Assembly (NCBI GenBank): GCA_964016885.1
Contig: OZ024743.1
Location: forward strand, 366,420,001 to 366,484,000
From: Eledone cirrhosa
Taxonomy: Eukaryota
Direction: 5' to 3'
Length of the DNA: 64,000 bases
Positions 38,487 through 53,423 of this stretch are shown piece by piece; position 1 is the first letter of the stretch; every line of letters begins with the position of its first letter. The notes below the pieces were generated by a model. That model saw only the letters and a list, made by a program, of their open reading frames with translations. It was not told the origin of the DNA and did no database searches. A program made the position numbers and the translations under genes.

Positions 38487-40846
38487 TAAGATACATTTAA
38501 CAAGGTAGAGGAGGAAGTGAATACAGAAGATAGAGCAGCTCTATAATGGTTGTTTCTGAGTATCTATATTCATATCTTCTGGTATTTCTGTAATGAAACC
38601 CTACTGCTGTTGACTTTCTCTTTCAATCCTCTAGAAGTATATAAATATCACTAATTTACTGAAGTGAATTTAATCAACTGTAACAATATTTCCCCATAAT
38701 ATTCTTCTAGAAAGCCAACATTTTGGGCATGTGATGACATCACATTCTGTAGAGAATTGATTGAGTACTTTATGGTTCCCCAAAAATTGATAGCTTATAT
38801 TTTCTTTAAATAGTGATGATACTAACACGTAATTAGTCTTTGATACCTCAGTATCTTTAAGTTGGGATCTACTAAAAGCGGATAATAATCTTGAAATATA
38901 TGTTTCTAGTGCTCTTACACCAGTACAGAAGGTCACTTGCAAAAGCAAAGAAAAGAGACTGACAAGCACAGACATGCACATGTGTGCATACACACACACA
39001 TGACAAGCTTTGTACAGGTTCCATCTATGAAATTCACTTTCATGGCATTGGTTGGCCTAAGACTATTGTAGAAGACACTTACCCATAGTGCCACACAGTA
39101 GACGAAAACCCAAGACCTCATAGCTTCAAACCAAACGTTTTAACCACACAGCCAACCAAATAAGCAGACTGATAGAAACACACACACAACACACACACAC
39201 ACATGCAGACACCAAACCACACCAAACCACACACACACACACACACACTCTCTCTCTCTCTCTCCAATTCGTGGAAAATAAATGTTATATTGTGGGGAAG
39301 AAGAAAATTTTAACATTTTTGGGGCAAAAGTTTTCATTGGAGCCAGATGAAATGTCAACTGGTTTTGAAGAATAAATAAACTGGGATTAGTAAAAGAGAA
39401 GGGTGGGAATGTAGGAGGGTGTCTAGGGGGAAGTATGGAGAGATAAGTAGAGGGGGGGGGGGGGCGTATCAGTTGGAGTAAGGGAAAAATTACTACAAAA
39501 CAATAAAACCACCAGGATTACTAAAATGTGTGTGTGTAAGTGTGTGTATTAGTCCTGGGTAAAACACTAAACTTCAGTTATTAGCATGTGTCGTTATTGA
39601 CATGTTTCAGTCATTATCGTATTGACCTGGTACTTATTTTATCAATCTCCATTTGTTTAACCAATATGTTACAGAACATAAACAAACAGCACCAGTTTTT
39701 GTTTAAGTGGTGGCAATGTAAAGATAGACATGCACACATTCTCACACATACATATTCATGCATGTGCACACACGTTCCCACACATATACATGCACACACA
39801 CCCGATGAGCTTCTACACTTCACTTACGAGACATTATTTAGCCTGGGGCTAAATAGAAGACACCCACCCAAGATATACCATGCTATGGGATTGAACCCAA
39901 TCACACAGCTTTGACAGAAGTAGTTATTTAGACCATGTATTAGTACAATCAATAACCAGTTGTTTGATCAAAAGTATCCATGACTAGATAATGGATCCTG
40001 TTGACTTTAGAAATGTGAGTTTATGCCTTTCCCAAAGAGATTCACAGATTAAGTGAAATAGCTTCAACACAATAAACCTTTGTACGTTGGCTTTATTTTG
40101 AGTATTTTCTGTGTTCTTTTGAGTTTTTGTTAATGTTAGACTCAAATTGCGTGCTGTTAGCAAAGTCCATTATCTTGTAAGTATTCAAACCAGGTCTCCT
40201 GTATAAAGATAACTTCCTTCTCTAAATAAATCTTATAAACAGCCATTTCATTATGGTATTTTGTATTGAAAATTACTGTCTAATTTAAAAATAATCAAGA
40301 ATTTCGAAGGATATATTTTGTGGGTATAATTACATAAATGTTCAGAATATCTGTACAAATGACATACAAAATTAAATGTATGATTAACTTTGGAGAGATA
40401 ACTATTTACAGAAACAAATGTAGGATAAGCACTCAGGACTTGTGATTGGAAAGCAAACTTATTTTAGCAACATGACTGAGATAGGAAATGCCTTGTGTGT
40501 ATTTAAAGTGTTACAGACAGATCATCATCATCATCGTTTTTATAAATAAATATATAAACACACATGGCATAATATTATGTTTGATTAATAACAGCTTAAA
40601 TAGTCTTCTGTACAAAGTTTGGAATATTGCTTCTAGCACATATGAGGGGGTGGAAAGAGAGGGGGACTGCCCAATAATCAACGTTTTCCTTGCCATATTC
40701 CTAATGAAAAACACTTTCTATGACTTTTTAAAGATTTTGAAACTCATCAAGAATGTGGATGGATTTAGTAATATAATTAAACATGCTTAACTTCTTAAAC
40801 AAACTATAATCCATAAATCAATTGTAAATTTTAATTGTAATTTTCC

Positions 40847-40882
<36 letters not shown>

Positions 40883-41164
40883 TGCAAGGTGGTCGTGGAG
40901 GTGCCACGGCAAAAAAAGCACCCAGCCCACACTGTAAAGTGGACGTGTAGGCGCCACGGAAAAAGCACCCAGCACTCACTGTAAATGAGGTTGGTGTTAG
41001 GAAGGGCATCCAGCTGTAGAAATCAAGCCAAATCAGTTCCTGTATGAGCAAGGCATGGTCAGCCGACCAGACACTGCCCACAACAGGACAACCCGTCTAA
41101 CCCATGCTAGCATGGAAGAACGGACGTAAAACGGTGATGATGATGATGATGATGATGATGATGA
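40883..41164 (+). mobile_element. Solo 3' UTR module of LINE family A
   Basis: Near-identical to about 26000-26260, with a (GAT)n tail. Confidence 0.9.
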
Positions 41165-41224
41165 CACAACTCCCCACCCATACACGTACACACACACACA
41201 CACACATTATATATATATATATAT

Positions 41225-42263
41225 AGGTGCTTCTTGTTGTGACACCTACACAACCACTTAACAATGTGGGATGTACGCTTTTTGTCGGGTCACCATCATG
41301 ACCACTTTACAGTGTGGGCTGGGGGCTTTGGTGGGTATTAAGGAGGTGGGAATATGGGTGTGTGTGAAGGGCAGAGTGTTAGGAAGTGGAAGCAGGGATG
41401 AAGGTGGAGGTGGTGCATACCAGATGTATGCTTCAGCCTCTGCTCATGGCAGTGGTAGTGTGGAGGTGAATACTATATATATACTTCAGCCTGTACTCAT
41501 GGAAAGGTGCATCTTCTGTATCACTGCATAACGCCAGAGATCCCAGTCCTGTGTCATCACCTTTGAGGGGTTCACCTGTGCAAGGTTCAACTTTGAGCAC
41601 TCTGCATCTTTTTATACAACTGTCATCCTTCATACACATCATATGTCCATACCAACACAATAACTCTTCTCCTGCACACTGCATCTGATTCCTCTTATGC
41701 CTGGTTTTTCTCTCAGTTCGTTTATGCTTTGCTGTTCATGTATATTACTATTACACATCCATTGAAGCATGCAAATTTCATTTCTTTCCAATCTTCATTA
41801 GTCTTCTGCACACAGCTCCCAGGTCTCACTACCATGCAACATTGCTGTTCATATGCACGCATCATACAATCTGCCTTTCATTTTGAGGGAAAAGCCTTTT
41901 GTAGCAGTGGTATTAGATCCCTGAACTTCTTCCATCCCATCCTCACTCTGGCTACTGTACTTTCAGAGCACCCAGCTCTGTTGCTAATTTGGTCACCTAG
42001 GTAGCAGAAGCTGTCTACTGCTTCTACTGAACCTTTCCAGAATTTGATAGTGCTTACATTTTCTGCTTACTGCTCTGGTACAATGGCTACATGTAAAACG
42101 TACATTCTTAACTAAACTACCTGAGATCCCACTACATCTCTTGTGTATCCATAGTTTGCATTTGGGACAGTGGATGGAATTACCTACACTTTTCCTACAC
42201 ACTAAGCAAAGCCATTTCCATGAGGGGATCATGGATCTGTTTTCCCTTTGACTTACTAGGACC
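41225..42263 (-). mobile_element. Degenerate RTE LINE (family A-like)
   Basis: PSWKWLCLVCRKSVG..CPKCKLWIHKRCSGISG, FCYLGDQI and WYGHMM..KDDSCIKRCR, with frameshifts. Confidence 0.88.
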
Positions 42264-43628
42264 TATATATATATCAAATTAAAAACGTGAGGAAAAAATA
42301 GACAAAAATATACCTATTTTTTTCTTCAAAGTACTGACTGCAGTTTCACTGAATTTCTTTACAGCAATCCTGCACTATAGAAGTGCACCATCGCTCTGAG
42401 GTTATATATATAGTAGGTAGTCAGAGCCTGATGGGTGAGCTCTTACCATTTCAACAGCAAATCCAGATTCACACTGTACTGTGCCATGTATCGAGTACTC
42501 TTACCAGTTTAAACCAGTATAATCCTGATACACACACACACATGTATATGTATATATGTATACATTAGCAACAATGCCAACTATACCAAAACCTCTAGTC
42601 TAAACTATCTAAACATTGCCAAAAAATGCTAATGAAGATAAAATGGATGTAAATTTAAAAAGCAAAACAAAAAACACATTGAAAACAAAGTACACTTCTG
42701 CAAGAGTAAATTATATTTAAATTTACGTTTTTATGAAATATTTCATGATAAATTACAAAAACACTTGTATAAACATATACACATGTGTGTGTACATTGCT
42801 ATGTATGTGTGTACATTGCTATGATGTATGTGTATATATATATATATGAAATATATATGTGTATGTATTGGTATGCATGCAAGCAGATATATTTGTACTT
42901 ATTGGTATGCATGTATGTATGTGTATATGTATATATGCAAGTATGAATATATACATGAGTTATGTATATTGGTATGTATGTGTATATTGGTATGTATGTA
43001 TGTATATATATATACATGATTGTATGTATGAATGTAAATATAAATATATGTATCGGTACATATCTGTGTGTGTATATGGGGTGTATGTATGCATTAGTAT
43101 ATATGTGTGTATATGGGATGTATATCATCACCAATGTCTGCTTTCTCAGCTAGTGAGGGTTTGACTATGTATGTATTAGTGTGTATATATATATGTAAGT
43201 GTATAGGATATATGTGTATGTGTGTGTGTGTTAAATAGCAAAACAACAGTTGAAATGTTTATAAAATAAAGGTTACTCCCAAGAACACTTTAAAATGTTT
43301 AAATTTACAGATTCAATCAATCCATGTTGGCATAAAACATAAATTGTGAAATAGAAATATTTTTCATATATATGTGTCATGTGTTAAGATGTGTTTTAGT
43401 GTTTAAGGATGTTCAGCTCATGACTGTAAGGTCATGAGATCAATTCCTGACAGTGTGTTGTATCCTTGAGCAAGACCCTATATTTTTCAATCCTCCAGTC
43501 CACTCAGCTAGCAAAAATGTATGGTACATGTAATTCAAATTTTAGCCTATAATAGTGTCAGTATCATGTCATGGTGTTGATATTGTTGATGGTAGTCATG
43601 GTAATATCAGCAGCAGTATTGTTTAGAG

Positions 43629-43920
43629 CAGTGATTCTCAACGTGGTCCAGGTGGACCACCGGTGGTCCACATAGCATTTCTAGTGGTCTACAGAGAATT
43701 TGTAGCCATTTCACAAAAATGTAACTAATATAATATTTTGTTTAATTACACACATGTTCATTATATTTGAAAATTTCGAGTTCACAGCTCTGATACTATG
43801 GGCATGTGGTTAGAATGTCTCTAGCAGTTCTATTACAAAATATTTAAAAGTTTAGGTGGTCCACAGGAAAAAATTACTTATTTTGGTGGTCCACAGCGAA
43901 AAAAAGGTTGAGAACCCCTG
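43629..43920. mobile_element. hAT (Charlie-like) MITE
   Basis: TIRs CAGTGATTCTCAAC and GTTGAGAACCCCTG, a perfect 8-bp TSD GTTTAGAG (43621-28 and 43921-28), and subterminal GTGGTCCA repeats. Confidence 0.93.
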
Positions 43921-43973
43921 GTTTAGAGGATTGTATGAATAGGGAAATTCAATATAATGTGTGTGTATCTCTC

Positions 43974-44007
<34 letters not shown>

Positions 44008-44143
44008 TTGTATGTATAAAACTTCCCCCCCCCCCTCTCTATATATATATATATATACATACATACATACATTTTATATAGATATATATACATACATACA
44101 TTTTATATATATATATATATATATACATACATTTTATGTATAC

Positions 44144-44209
<66 letters not shown>

Positions 44210-46733
44210 TTATACATAAAATGTATGTATATATATATATATATACATTTTATGTATAAAACTATGTATATATATATATATACATTGTATGTATAAGACT
44301 ATTAAATCACCAATATTTCAGGTGACCAGTCAACCATGAAATGCCTAAAGATTACAGGAATTAATAACTGCTAAAATGCACCTGTCACCTGCAGCATTTG
44401 CCATTCTGCCTGGACATACAACTGACCTTGAATATTTTGTTGGTTCAATAGTTACATGGATTAATTCAAGATAAATACATAACATTAATCTTTAATCCAT
44501 TTTTATTAATTTCTTCTACATTTTATGCATTTGACATACTCAAGGTTATACTCACTTTTATTCTTGTTATTGTCATTGTTTAACCCTAGTTCAAGTCTTG
44601 TTGAGCAGGTTTATGATCAAAAAAAGTATTCTTGTCATAACCATCCCACCTTTTCCTTTTTATTTTTGATTTTGAGGCAAGGTGTATCCTGGACTACATT
44701 ATCCAATGTGTTCTTTTTTTTAAACACAGGTTGTAGTTTAAGAGAGATTTAGCTACTATTTTTAGCTAAACAAATGACGATGTAGCGGCTTCCTTGTCCT
44801 TGTTGGCTGATCAATTTGTTGCTGAAGCAGCTTATGGTGGCATTTAAATATCTATTGGAAGACTTATTGAGTGTCTTATTAATTCAGTATCTCAGATAAG
44901 ACCTTGTAATTAATTAATCATTCCATAATGATAATTAATATTCCAAGTAGCAATTAATGATACTTTATCTGTAAATTTTCTTTGGTCAGTGAAGAAAGCA
45001 AGCCATTAAATGATTTGAACTTAGAAAAATGTAAACTATATAAATCATTATCATTTATAAAATAAACCAGTTATTGTTTTGTTTAGTTTTTCATTTAGTA
45101 AAGAGGATGGGCAGTGCTCATGACCCTTTTCAGGCCTACCATGATGATTACTGAGAAAGAAGGAAGGTATTCTCAAACCCAACCTGACCTGAATGCTTGC
45201 AACAGTTTGGACCTCGTTATAGGTATCCAAATATTAAACCAGGTCATCATTTAAGTCTACCATTCAAGTAATCCATGATGGGATTTGAACTAAAAATGCA
45301 AAGAGCCAAAATAAATATCCCAAATATCCAGCACAACTACCATAAGGCATTCTATCCAATACTTGAACAACTCTGCCAATCCAACCTTGGAAGGATGAAC
45401 TCTTTCTGTTCAAACCAGCCATAACCGGCTGCTCATACTTATGTTAGGGTATAGTTCTCAAAATAAATAATATCAAAATCTCATAGATTTGATATTACGT
45501 GAGATAATTATGTGGGGTGAAGCCTTTACCATGAAAATATAATTGTTTCTACTTTAGGCACAAGGCCAGCAATTACCCAGTGCATTGCTGGTACTTTATT
45601 TTATCGACCCCGTAAGGATGAAAAGCAAAGTCAACCATGAAAATATAATAATATATAGAAAGTAATGTAAATGTTAAATGGTTAAAGAATCTGACAATTT
45701 GTTGCCTTTGGAGAAATTTAAGGATTTTGTTACTATATTTCTAATAAAAACACTACCCAAGTTAGTTTACAAATAATTTTGAAAATAATCTATATTTTAG
45801 AGAGATTTTCTCATTATTAGTCTGCTGTTTGGAATATAACTTAACGAAGGTTCTGATATAAAATTAGGATGGAAAATTTTTAGACTACTTTAAATAAAAG
45901 TTTTGTATCATAGAACCAGGGGCAATCTCAAATAGTTTGGTATCAAAAGGATTAATAATTAAGATTAATTAAAATATATTTTTAAATATCAATTTTCATA
46001 ATCAACTTTAGACTTCACCTTATTATTTAGTGTTAATAAAGTTTCTTTCACATCATTTCTAGTTGACAAATCTCATGTAATTTCTGAGACCTAAATCTGT
46101 TTTTATCCTCTTCCATGCAGTCGTTAATACAAACATTCTTTATTCTTTGTTTGTTACTCTCTCTTTAATTGGTGGCATTTCTTTTTAAATGTTCTCACTT
46201 AAAATATCATCAAGCTTTCAAACATTCCAATGCACTTTGCCAAATCTACTCTCTCTCTCGCTGTGTATATATATATTATATATATATATATGTATATATT
46301 TATATATATATATATGTGTATATGTATATATATATATATATGTGTATATGTATATATATATTGCAAATTTATACGGAAACAAAACAGAGAGGCAGACAAA
46401 TAAAGGTTTATTAGGTTCACGCTTTTGATATATATATATGTATATATATGTGTGTGTGTGTGTGTGTCAAATCTATTTTCCTTTCTTGCTTTCTTTTCTC
46501 TCTTCCTTTCCTTTGTATTTCTCGCTCCAGCAACAGACACGTGCACACACAGATTCACACATATCAATGTCTGTTAGAATATCTATGTATCTCTATACAT
46601 ATGCACACATACACACAGACAATGTATACTTACCCTACCTTACTCCTATCTCTCTCTCTCTATATATATATATACACACACACATATACACATATATAGA
46701 GAGAGACATACACACACACACACACACATATAC

Positions 46734-46768
<35 letters not shown>

Positions 46769-46967
46769 CAAGCATTTATATATACACATACTCACACATA
46801 TCTATACATATGTATATACAGTCATACATATATATCCACACACTTTCACATATGCATACATACATACTTATGTATGTACAGTCATACATACATATCTATT
46901 GTTCTTCATTCACAAAAGACTTTCTAACACTGAAACAAACTGGTGGATTATGTGTGTGTGTGTATAT

Positions 46968-47743
46968 ATCATCATCATCATCATCATCATCATTTTACGT
47001 CTGCTTTTCCCTGCTTGCAAGGGTGGGACGGGAACTGATTCTGGCTTGATTTCTACAGCTGGATGCCCCTTTGCAGTGGAATGATATGGACCCAGCCCCT
47101 ATCATCTCATTTCTACAGCTGAGTAAACTGGAGCAATGTGAAATAAAGTGTCTTGCTCAAGGAAACAACACATCACCCAGTCTGAGAATTGAACTCACAA
47201 CCTTTCGATTGCAAGGCCAATGCTCTAACCACTAAGCCATGTGCCTCCATATATATATATATGTCTATATATATTATATATGTATATATGTGTGTATATG
47301 TATATATATATTATATATGAATATATATATATGTGTGTATATGTATATATATATCATCATCATCATCATTTTACGTCCGCTTTTTCCCTGCTTGCAAGAG
47401 TGGGAAATGAACTTATTCTGGCTTGATTTCTACAGCTGGATGCCCTTCCTAACACCAACCTCATTTACAGTGAGTGGTGGGTGCTTTTTTTTTCCGTGGC
47501 GCCTACACGTCCACTTTACAGTGTAGGCTGGGTGCTGTTTTGCCATGGCACCTCCACGACCACTTTGCAGTAGAATGATAGAGACCCCAGTCCCTATCAT
47601 CTCATTTCTACAGCTGAGTAAACTGGAGCAATGTGAAATAAAGTGTCTTGCTCAAGGAAACAACACATCACTTGGTCTGAGAATTGAACTCACAACCTTT
47701 CGATTGCAAGGCCAATGCTCTAACCACTAAGCCATGTGCCTCC
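46968..47743 (-). mobile_element. Two tandem CORE-type SINE copies (46968-47248 internally deleted; 47353-47743)
   Basis: Both have the same head, CORE domain and tail as 32002-32348 and are separated by a TA tract. Confidence 0.9.
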
Positions 47744-47836
47744 ACATGTGTGTATATATATGTATATATATATATATATGTATATATATGTATATATATG
47801 TATATATATATATATGTATATGTATATATATATATG

Positions 47837-47876
<40 letters not shown>

Positions 47877-48057
47877 GAGGTATCCACTGTAAGTTGTGGG
47901 ATCTATTCTGTATGAAGAACTCGATGTAATCCATATGTTGAAAATGTTGTAGGTTAAGATAGATCTCAGAAAACAATAAAACATTAAAAGGAAAACAGAG
48001 TCATGATATAAGTTAAAACAATGAAATGAAAAAATCAAGTCATTAGAGATATACTTC

Positions 48058-48193
48058 ACTGCTTTACAATCGTTTCTAGATGGTGATAATACATTGTATC
48101 TATACTCAGTTATTGATCTATGTAAGTTTACTAACTATCAGATAGAGTGAATATTTACTTACATGCATATCACCAGCTGTTTTCAAAAGCAAT
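48058..48193 (-). ncRNA. Decayed hammerhead in a pLTR homologous to 19380-19740
   Basis: AUUGCUU-UUGAAAA (C3U, G8A)-..UGGUGAU/AUCACCA..-GAAAC-GAUU-GUA-AAGCAGU. The flank shares GTATGAAGAACTC.ATGTAATCC and ACAGAGTCA.GATA with the 19.4-kb pLTR. Confidence 0.6.
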
Positions 48194-48967
48194 AATAATT
48201 TTATTCAATAATAATTTTACTCAGAATTAGTAGCATGTTAGTATCATGTCCTTATTTGGAGAAATTTGAGGAACTAACGAATCAAATTGTTTTTTTCATA
48301 TGGTGTTAAGAGAAAAAGTAATACACTTTAGTTGAGGTCATGACCCTTTGAAAGGAATGGTTGAAGGGTGTTAGTAGAAATGGCATAAAAATCTATTAAG
48401 AAGGAAGGGGATTGTCAAACTGATAGTTGAATGTATCTTGTATAGTGAATTTAAAAGGAATGTCAAAATAAATGGTGATTAGTGTTGTATTGAGTTTTAA
48501 GGTGAATATAAATTAATGTTATGGCTAGGAAAGATAGTATATTAAAAGCTGAAAATTATAATAAGATAATGAGATATAGTAATGCGATAATATACAACTT
48601 AACCAACACAATATAGTACGGTGTGGTAAATTGCACTTAGTATAATATAACATATTATATGCTCTAAAATATTACTAAGTATGTTTATGCATAAACAATC
48701 AAACTCAGATAAGTACATGTTGGCATAGTTAAAACACATAAATTTCATAGTCTACAAAGTGCATAGATCCACACTATATATAGAGAGAGGTACAGTTTAT
48801 ATTGATATCTAACCAAAATATACATACGTACAAATAGATGCAAACCTAAATACATATCCACACGTATGCATATAATCATATATATACATATCCATAAATA
48901 TCTATATCCACACATACACATCTATACCCCCATATATACATATACATATACACATATATATATATAC

Positions 48968-49001
<34 letters not shown>

Positions 49002-49003
<2 letters not shown>

Positions 49004-50551
49004 CATCATCATCATCACCGTTTTACGTCCGTTCTTCCACGCTAGCATGGGTTAGACGGGTTGTCCTGTTGTGGGCAGTGTCTGGTCGGCTGACCATGCC
49101 TTGCTCATACAGGAACTGATCTGGCTTGATTTCTACAGCTGGATGCCCTTCCTAACACCAACCTCATTTACAGTGAGTGCTGGGTGCTTTTTCGTGGCGC
49201 CTACACGTCCACTTTACAGTGTGGGCTGGGTGCTTTTTTGCCGTGGCACCTCCACGACCACCTTGCGGTGGGGGGGGGGGGGGGGGGGGCATATTGTTTA
49301 TATGCTTCAGCATGTACCCATGGGAGGTCGGGTACCCTGTATTACTGCGTGACGCCAGAAGTCACGGTCGTGTGTCATTGACTTTGAGAGGTGTAGTTGG
49401 GTAAGGTCGGCTTTTATCACCTCATCCCAAGTCATCTTGGGTCTCCCCACTCCGCGGTTTCCATCAACTTCTAGTGCTCTGCACCTTTTTATGCAGCTGT
49501 CATCCTTCATACGCATCACATGTCCATACCAGCGTAACCGCCTCTCCTGCACGCAGCATTTGATTCCTCTTATGCTCAGTCTCTCTCTCAATTCATTTAT
49601 GCTTTGTCGTTCACGTATATTACTGTTACACATCCATCGGAGCATGCAGGCTTCGTTTCTCTCTAATCTACGTAAGTCTTCCACCTTCAGCGCCCAGGTC
49701 TCACTACCATGCAACATCGCTGTTCGGATACACGCATCATACAGTCTGCCTTTCATTCTGAGGGAGAAGCCTTTTGCAGCTAGCAGTGGTAGTAGTTCCC
49801 TAAACTTCTTCCATCCCGTTCTTACCCTAGTTATTGTACTTTCTGAGCACCCACCTCCGTTGCTAATTCGGTCACCTAGGTAGCAGAAGCTGTCTACTGT
49901 TTCTACAGGGCCCTCCCAGAGATTGGTGGTACTTGTTTCCTGTGGCTGTTTGCTTGCTGTTTCAGCACAGCTGCTGCATGTGAATCCTACATTCTTAATT
50001 AAGCTTCCTGAGATCCCGCTACATCTCTTGTGTACCCATTGTTTGCATTTGGGGCAAAGAATGGAGTTCCTACCTACACCTTTCCTACATACTGAGCAAG
50101 GCCATTTCCCTGAGGGGATCTGGGTTCTGTTTTCTCGTCTACTTATAAGGACCTTAGTCTTTGTCATGTTGACTTTGAGGCCCTTTCTCTCTAGTCCCTG
50201 CTTCCAGGTTTGGAATTTATTCTCTAGTTCTACCATAGATTCAGCTATGAGTGCGAGGTCATCAGCATACAGGAGTTCCCATGGGCATCCGGTCTTAAAC
50301 TCCTCCGTTATTGCCTGCAGGACTATGATGAACAGGAGAGGGCTAAGAACAGAGCCCTGGTGGACCCCAACCTGTACGCTAAATTCCTCGCTATACTCAT
50401 TGCCAATCCTAACTTTGCTGACTGCTCCCCTATACATGGCTTGTACCGCTTTCACAAGCCATTCATCTACTCCTAGTTTTCTAAGAGCCCACCAGATTAC
50501 TGCACGTGGAACTCTGTCAAAGGCTTTCTCAAGGTCGACAAATGCCAAGTA
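49002..50551 (-). mobile_element. 5'-truncated RTE LINE family A, second copy
   Basis: The 413-aa ORF differs from the 23698 copy at a single residue (SIKEL versus SINEL). It has a (GAT)n tail. Confidence 0.96.
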
Positions 50552-50560
50552 TATATATAT

Positions 50561-51650
50561 TAACTAAGAACATAGATTTTACATGTGGCCGGTGTTCTGG
50601 GGCAATAAGTAGCAGCAAGTGCCCAAAAAATACTAGCTCTTTCAACTGCGCAGAGGGTTCTATAGAAATAGTGGACAGCTTCCGTTACCTGGGTGACAAA
50701 ATCAGCAGTGGAGGAGGGTGCTCTGAAAGTACAGTAGCTAGAGTCAGAACTGGGTGGAAAAAGTTCAGAGAGCTCATACCACTATTAGCCGCTAAAGGGT
50801 TCTCCCTAAAAATGAAAGGCAGGTTGTACGATGCCTGCATACGAACAGCAATGTTGCACGGCAGTGAGACCTGGGCATTGTGTGCAGAGGATATACGCAG
50901 ACTAGAGAGAAACGAAGCTTGCATGCTCCGCTGGATGTGTAATAGTAATATACGTGAACGGCAAAGCATAAACGAACTAAGGAAAAAATTAGAAATAAGA
51001 GGGATCAGATGTTGTTTACTCGAGAGAAGGCTACGTTGGTATGGTCACGTGATGCGCATGAAGGACGATAGCTGTATAACAAATTGCAGGGCAATAAAGA
51101 TAGACGGTAGCCACGGAATAGGCAGACCCAGAAAAACCTGGGACGAGCTGATAAATTCCGACCTCACACACTTACACCTCACCAAGACAATGTCACTGGA
51201 CCGAGACCTTTGGCAGTACTCAGTAATAGAGAAGACCCGCCTTACCTAAATACAAAGTAAAAACCTACTACAGTCAGTAGGCATCTCTATCAACCCCCCC
51301 CCCCCCCCCCCCGGTCCCACCACCTCCACCCCATCCACACCGCCCCTTTCAATGTAAAGTTATGTTGGTCCCACAACATCCAGGCCGAAACAAATGAGAT
51401 CGTGTAGGTGTCACGACAAAAAAAACACACAGTCCACGCTGTAAATGTGGCCGTGTAGGCAACACGGTAAAAACCTCCCAGCCCCACACTGTAAATGTGG
51501 TTGGTGTTAGGAAGGGCATCCAGCTGTAGAAAACCCGCCAGATAGTCCTATGCGAGCAAGATAACCACTCTTGCCTCAAGTGGGAAAACCCTCCGTCCAA
51601 ACCCATGCAAGCATGGAACACGGACGTTAAACGATGATGATGATGATGAT
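50561..51650 (+). mobile_element. 5'-truncated RTE LINE family B, second copy
   Basis: The ORF to 51249 is homologous to the C-terminal half of 28520-29914. It has a single 3' UTR module and a (GAT)n tail, with an extra solo tail at about 51660-51709. Confidence 0.95.
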
Positions 51651-51710
51651 ATATATAACAAACCCATGCAAGCGTGGAAGATGGACGTTAAACGATGATG
51701 ATGATGATGG

Positions 51711-51757
<47 letters not shown>

Positions 51758-51918
51758 ATAAACCGTTATCTTTTCAACTTTTCAGACACTCATTTGCATA
51801 CTCACTCATAACTTTGTATTACCCGCAATAAAATATTATCTCCACTATCCAGGAAGCTCCAACCGTTAAGGTTGTCTTTTTTCCGGGTATGTCAATATTT
51901 ATTTATAAAACAAATCTG

Positions 51919-51984
51919 TATTTTATCTGATGAAAGTGCACCATAATTTGCCTTGGTTGCCCTTGAAATATGTATAAGAAAATA
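51919..51984 (+). ncRNA. Type I hammerhead ribozyme, intact core, short (dimer-type) stem III
   Basis: UAUUUUAU-CUGAUGA-AAGUGCACCA/UGGUUGCCCUU-GAAA-UAUGU-AUA-AGAAAAUA. Stem I extends via AUUUAUAAAAC/GUUUUAUAAAU. Confidence 0.75.
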
Positions 51985-52116
51985 AATATGGTTTTATAAA
52001 TATAGTTTCCATTTATTAATATATTGTGTATTTACTCCACTAACTGTTGAGTGCTTTATATCAGTTATAAAAATGTTTAAGCTTGTTGAATCCCAACAAA
52101 TTAAATATAACCTCTG

Positions 52117-52160
52117 CATATATGTATATATATATATGTATATATATATGTATATATATG

Positions 52161-52196
<36 letters not shown>

Positions 52197-52480
52197 TATG
52201 TGATATATATATGTATATATGTAGTATATGTATGTATATATGTATGTATATATATATGTATATATATGTATGTATATATATGTATATATATGTATATATA
52301 TATATGTAATGTATATATATATATGTATATATATGTATATATTATATATATGTAATATATATATGTATATATATGTATATATATATGTATGCATATATGT
52401 ATATATATAATACGTATGTATGTATGTATGTATATATGTATGTATGTATATATGTATATATATATATATGTATATATATG

Positions 52481-52511
<31 letters not shown>

Positions 52512-53339
52512 GTATATATATATATATATGTATTATATATATTATATGTATATATATGTATATATATATGTATATATATGTATATATATATATGTATATA
52601 TATATATATGTATATATATGTATATATATATGTATATATATGTATAATTATAATATATATTGTATATATATATATATATAATATATGTATATATATGTAT
52701 ATATATATGTATATATATGTATATATATATATATGTATGTATGTATATATGTAAATATATATGTATGTAGTATAATTATATATATTATATATGTTGTATG
52801 TATGTATGTATGATTATGTATGTATGTATATATGTATATATATGTATGTATATATGTATGTATGTATATATGTTATATATATATATATATGTATGTATGT
52901 ATATATGTATTTATATATATATATATGTATGTATATTGTATGTATGTATTATATATATATATTATATGTATGTATATTTGTATATAGTATGTAATATATA
53001 TGATATGATTATTTGATATATTATATGTATGTTATATATATTTGTATGTATATATGTATATATATCTGTATGTATATATTGTATATGTATTGTATTTATG
53101 TATATATGTATATGTATTGTATTATGATTATATATATATGTTATGTATATATGTATATATTATATATATGTATATATTATGTATGTATTTATGTAATAAT
53201 ATGTATGTATATTATGTATATCTATGTATGTATATATGTATATATATGTATGTATATATGTATGTATATATGTATGTATATATGTATTATATATATATGT
53301 ATGTATATTTATGTATGTATTATGTATATATATATATTG

Positions 53340-53386
<47 letters not shown>

Positions 53387-53389
53387 TTG

Positions 53390-53423
<34 letters not shown>

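Noticed and set aside
42328-42500. Minus-strand GAAAC-TGCA-GTC-AGTAC half-hammerhead (similar relic at about 4475-4520)
   Set aside because: The CUGANGA half is missing or too decayed to call, though these may be old pLTR relics.
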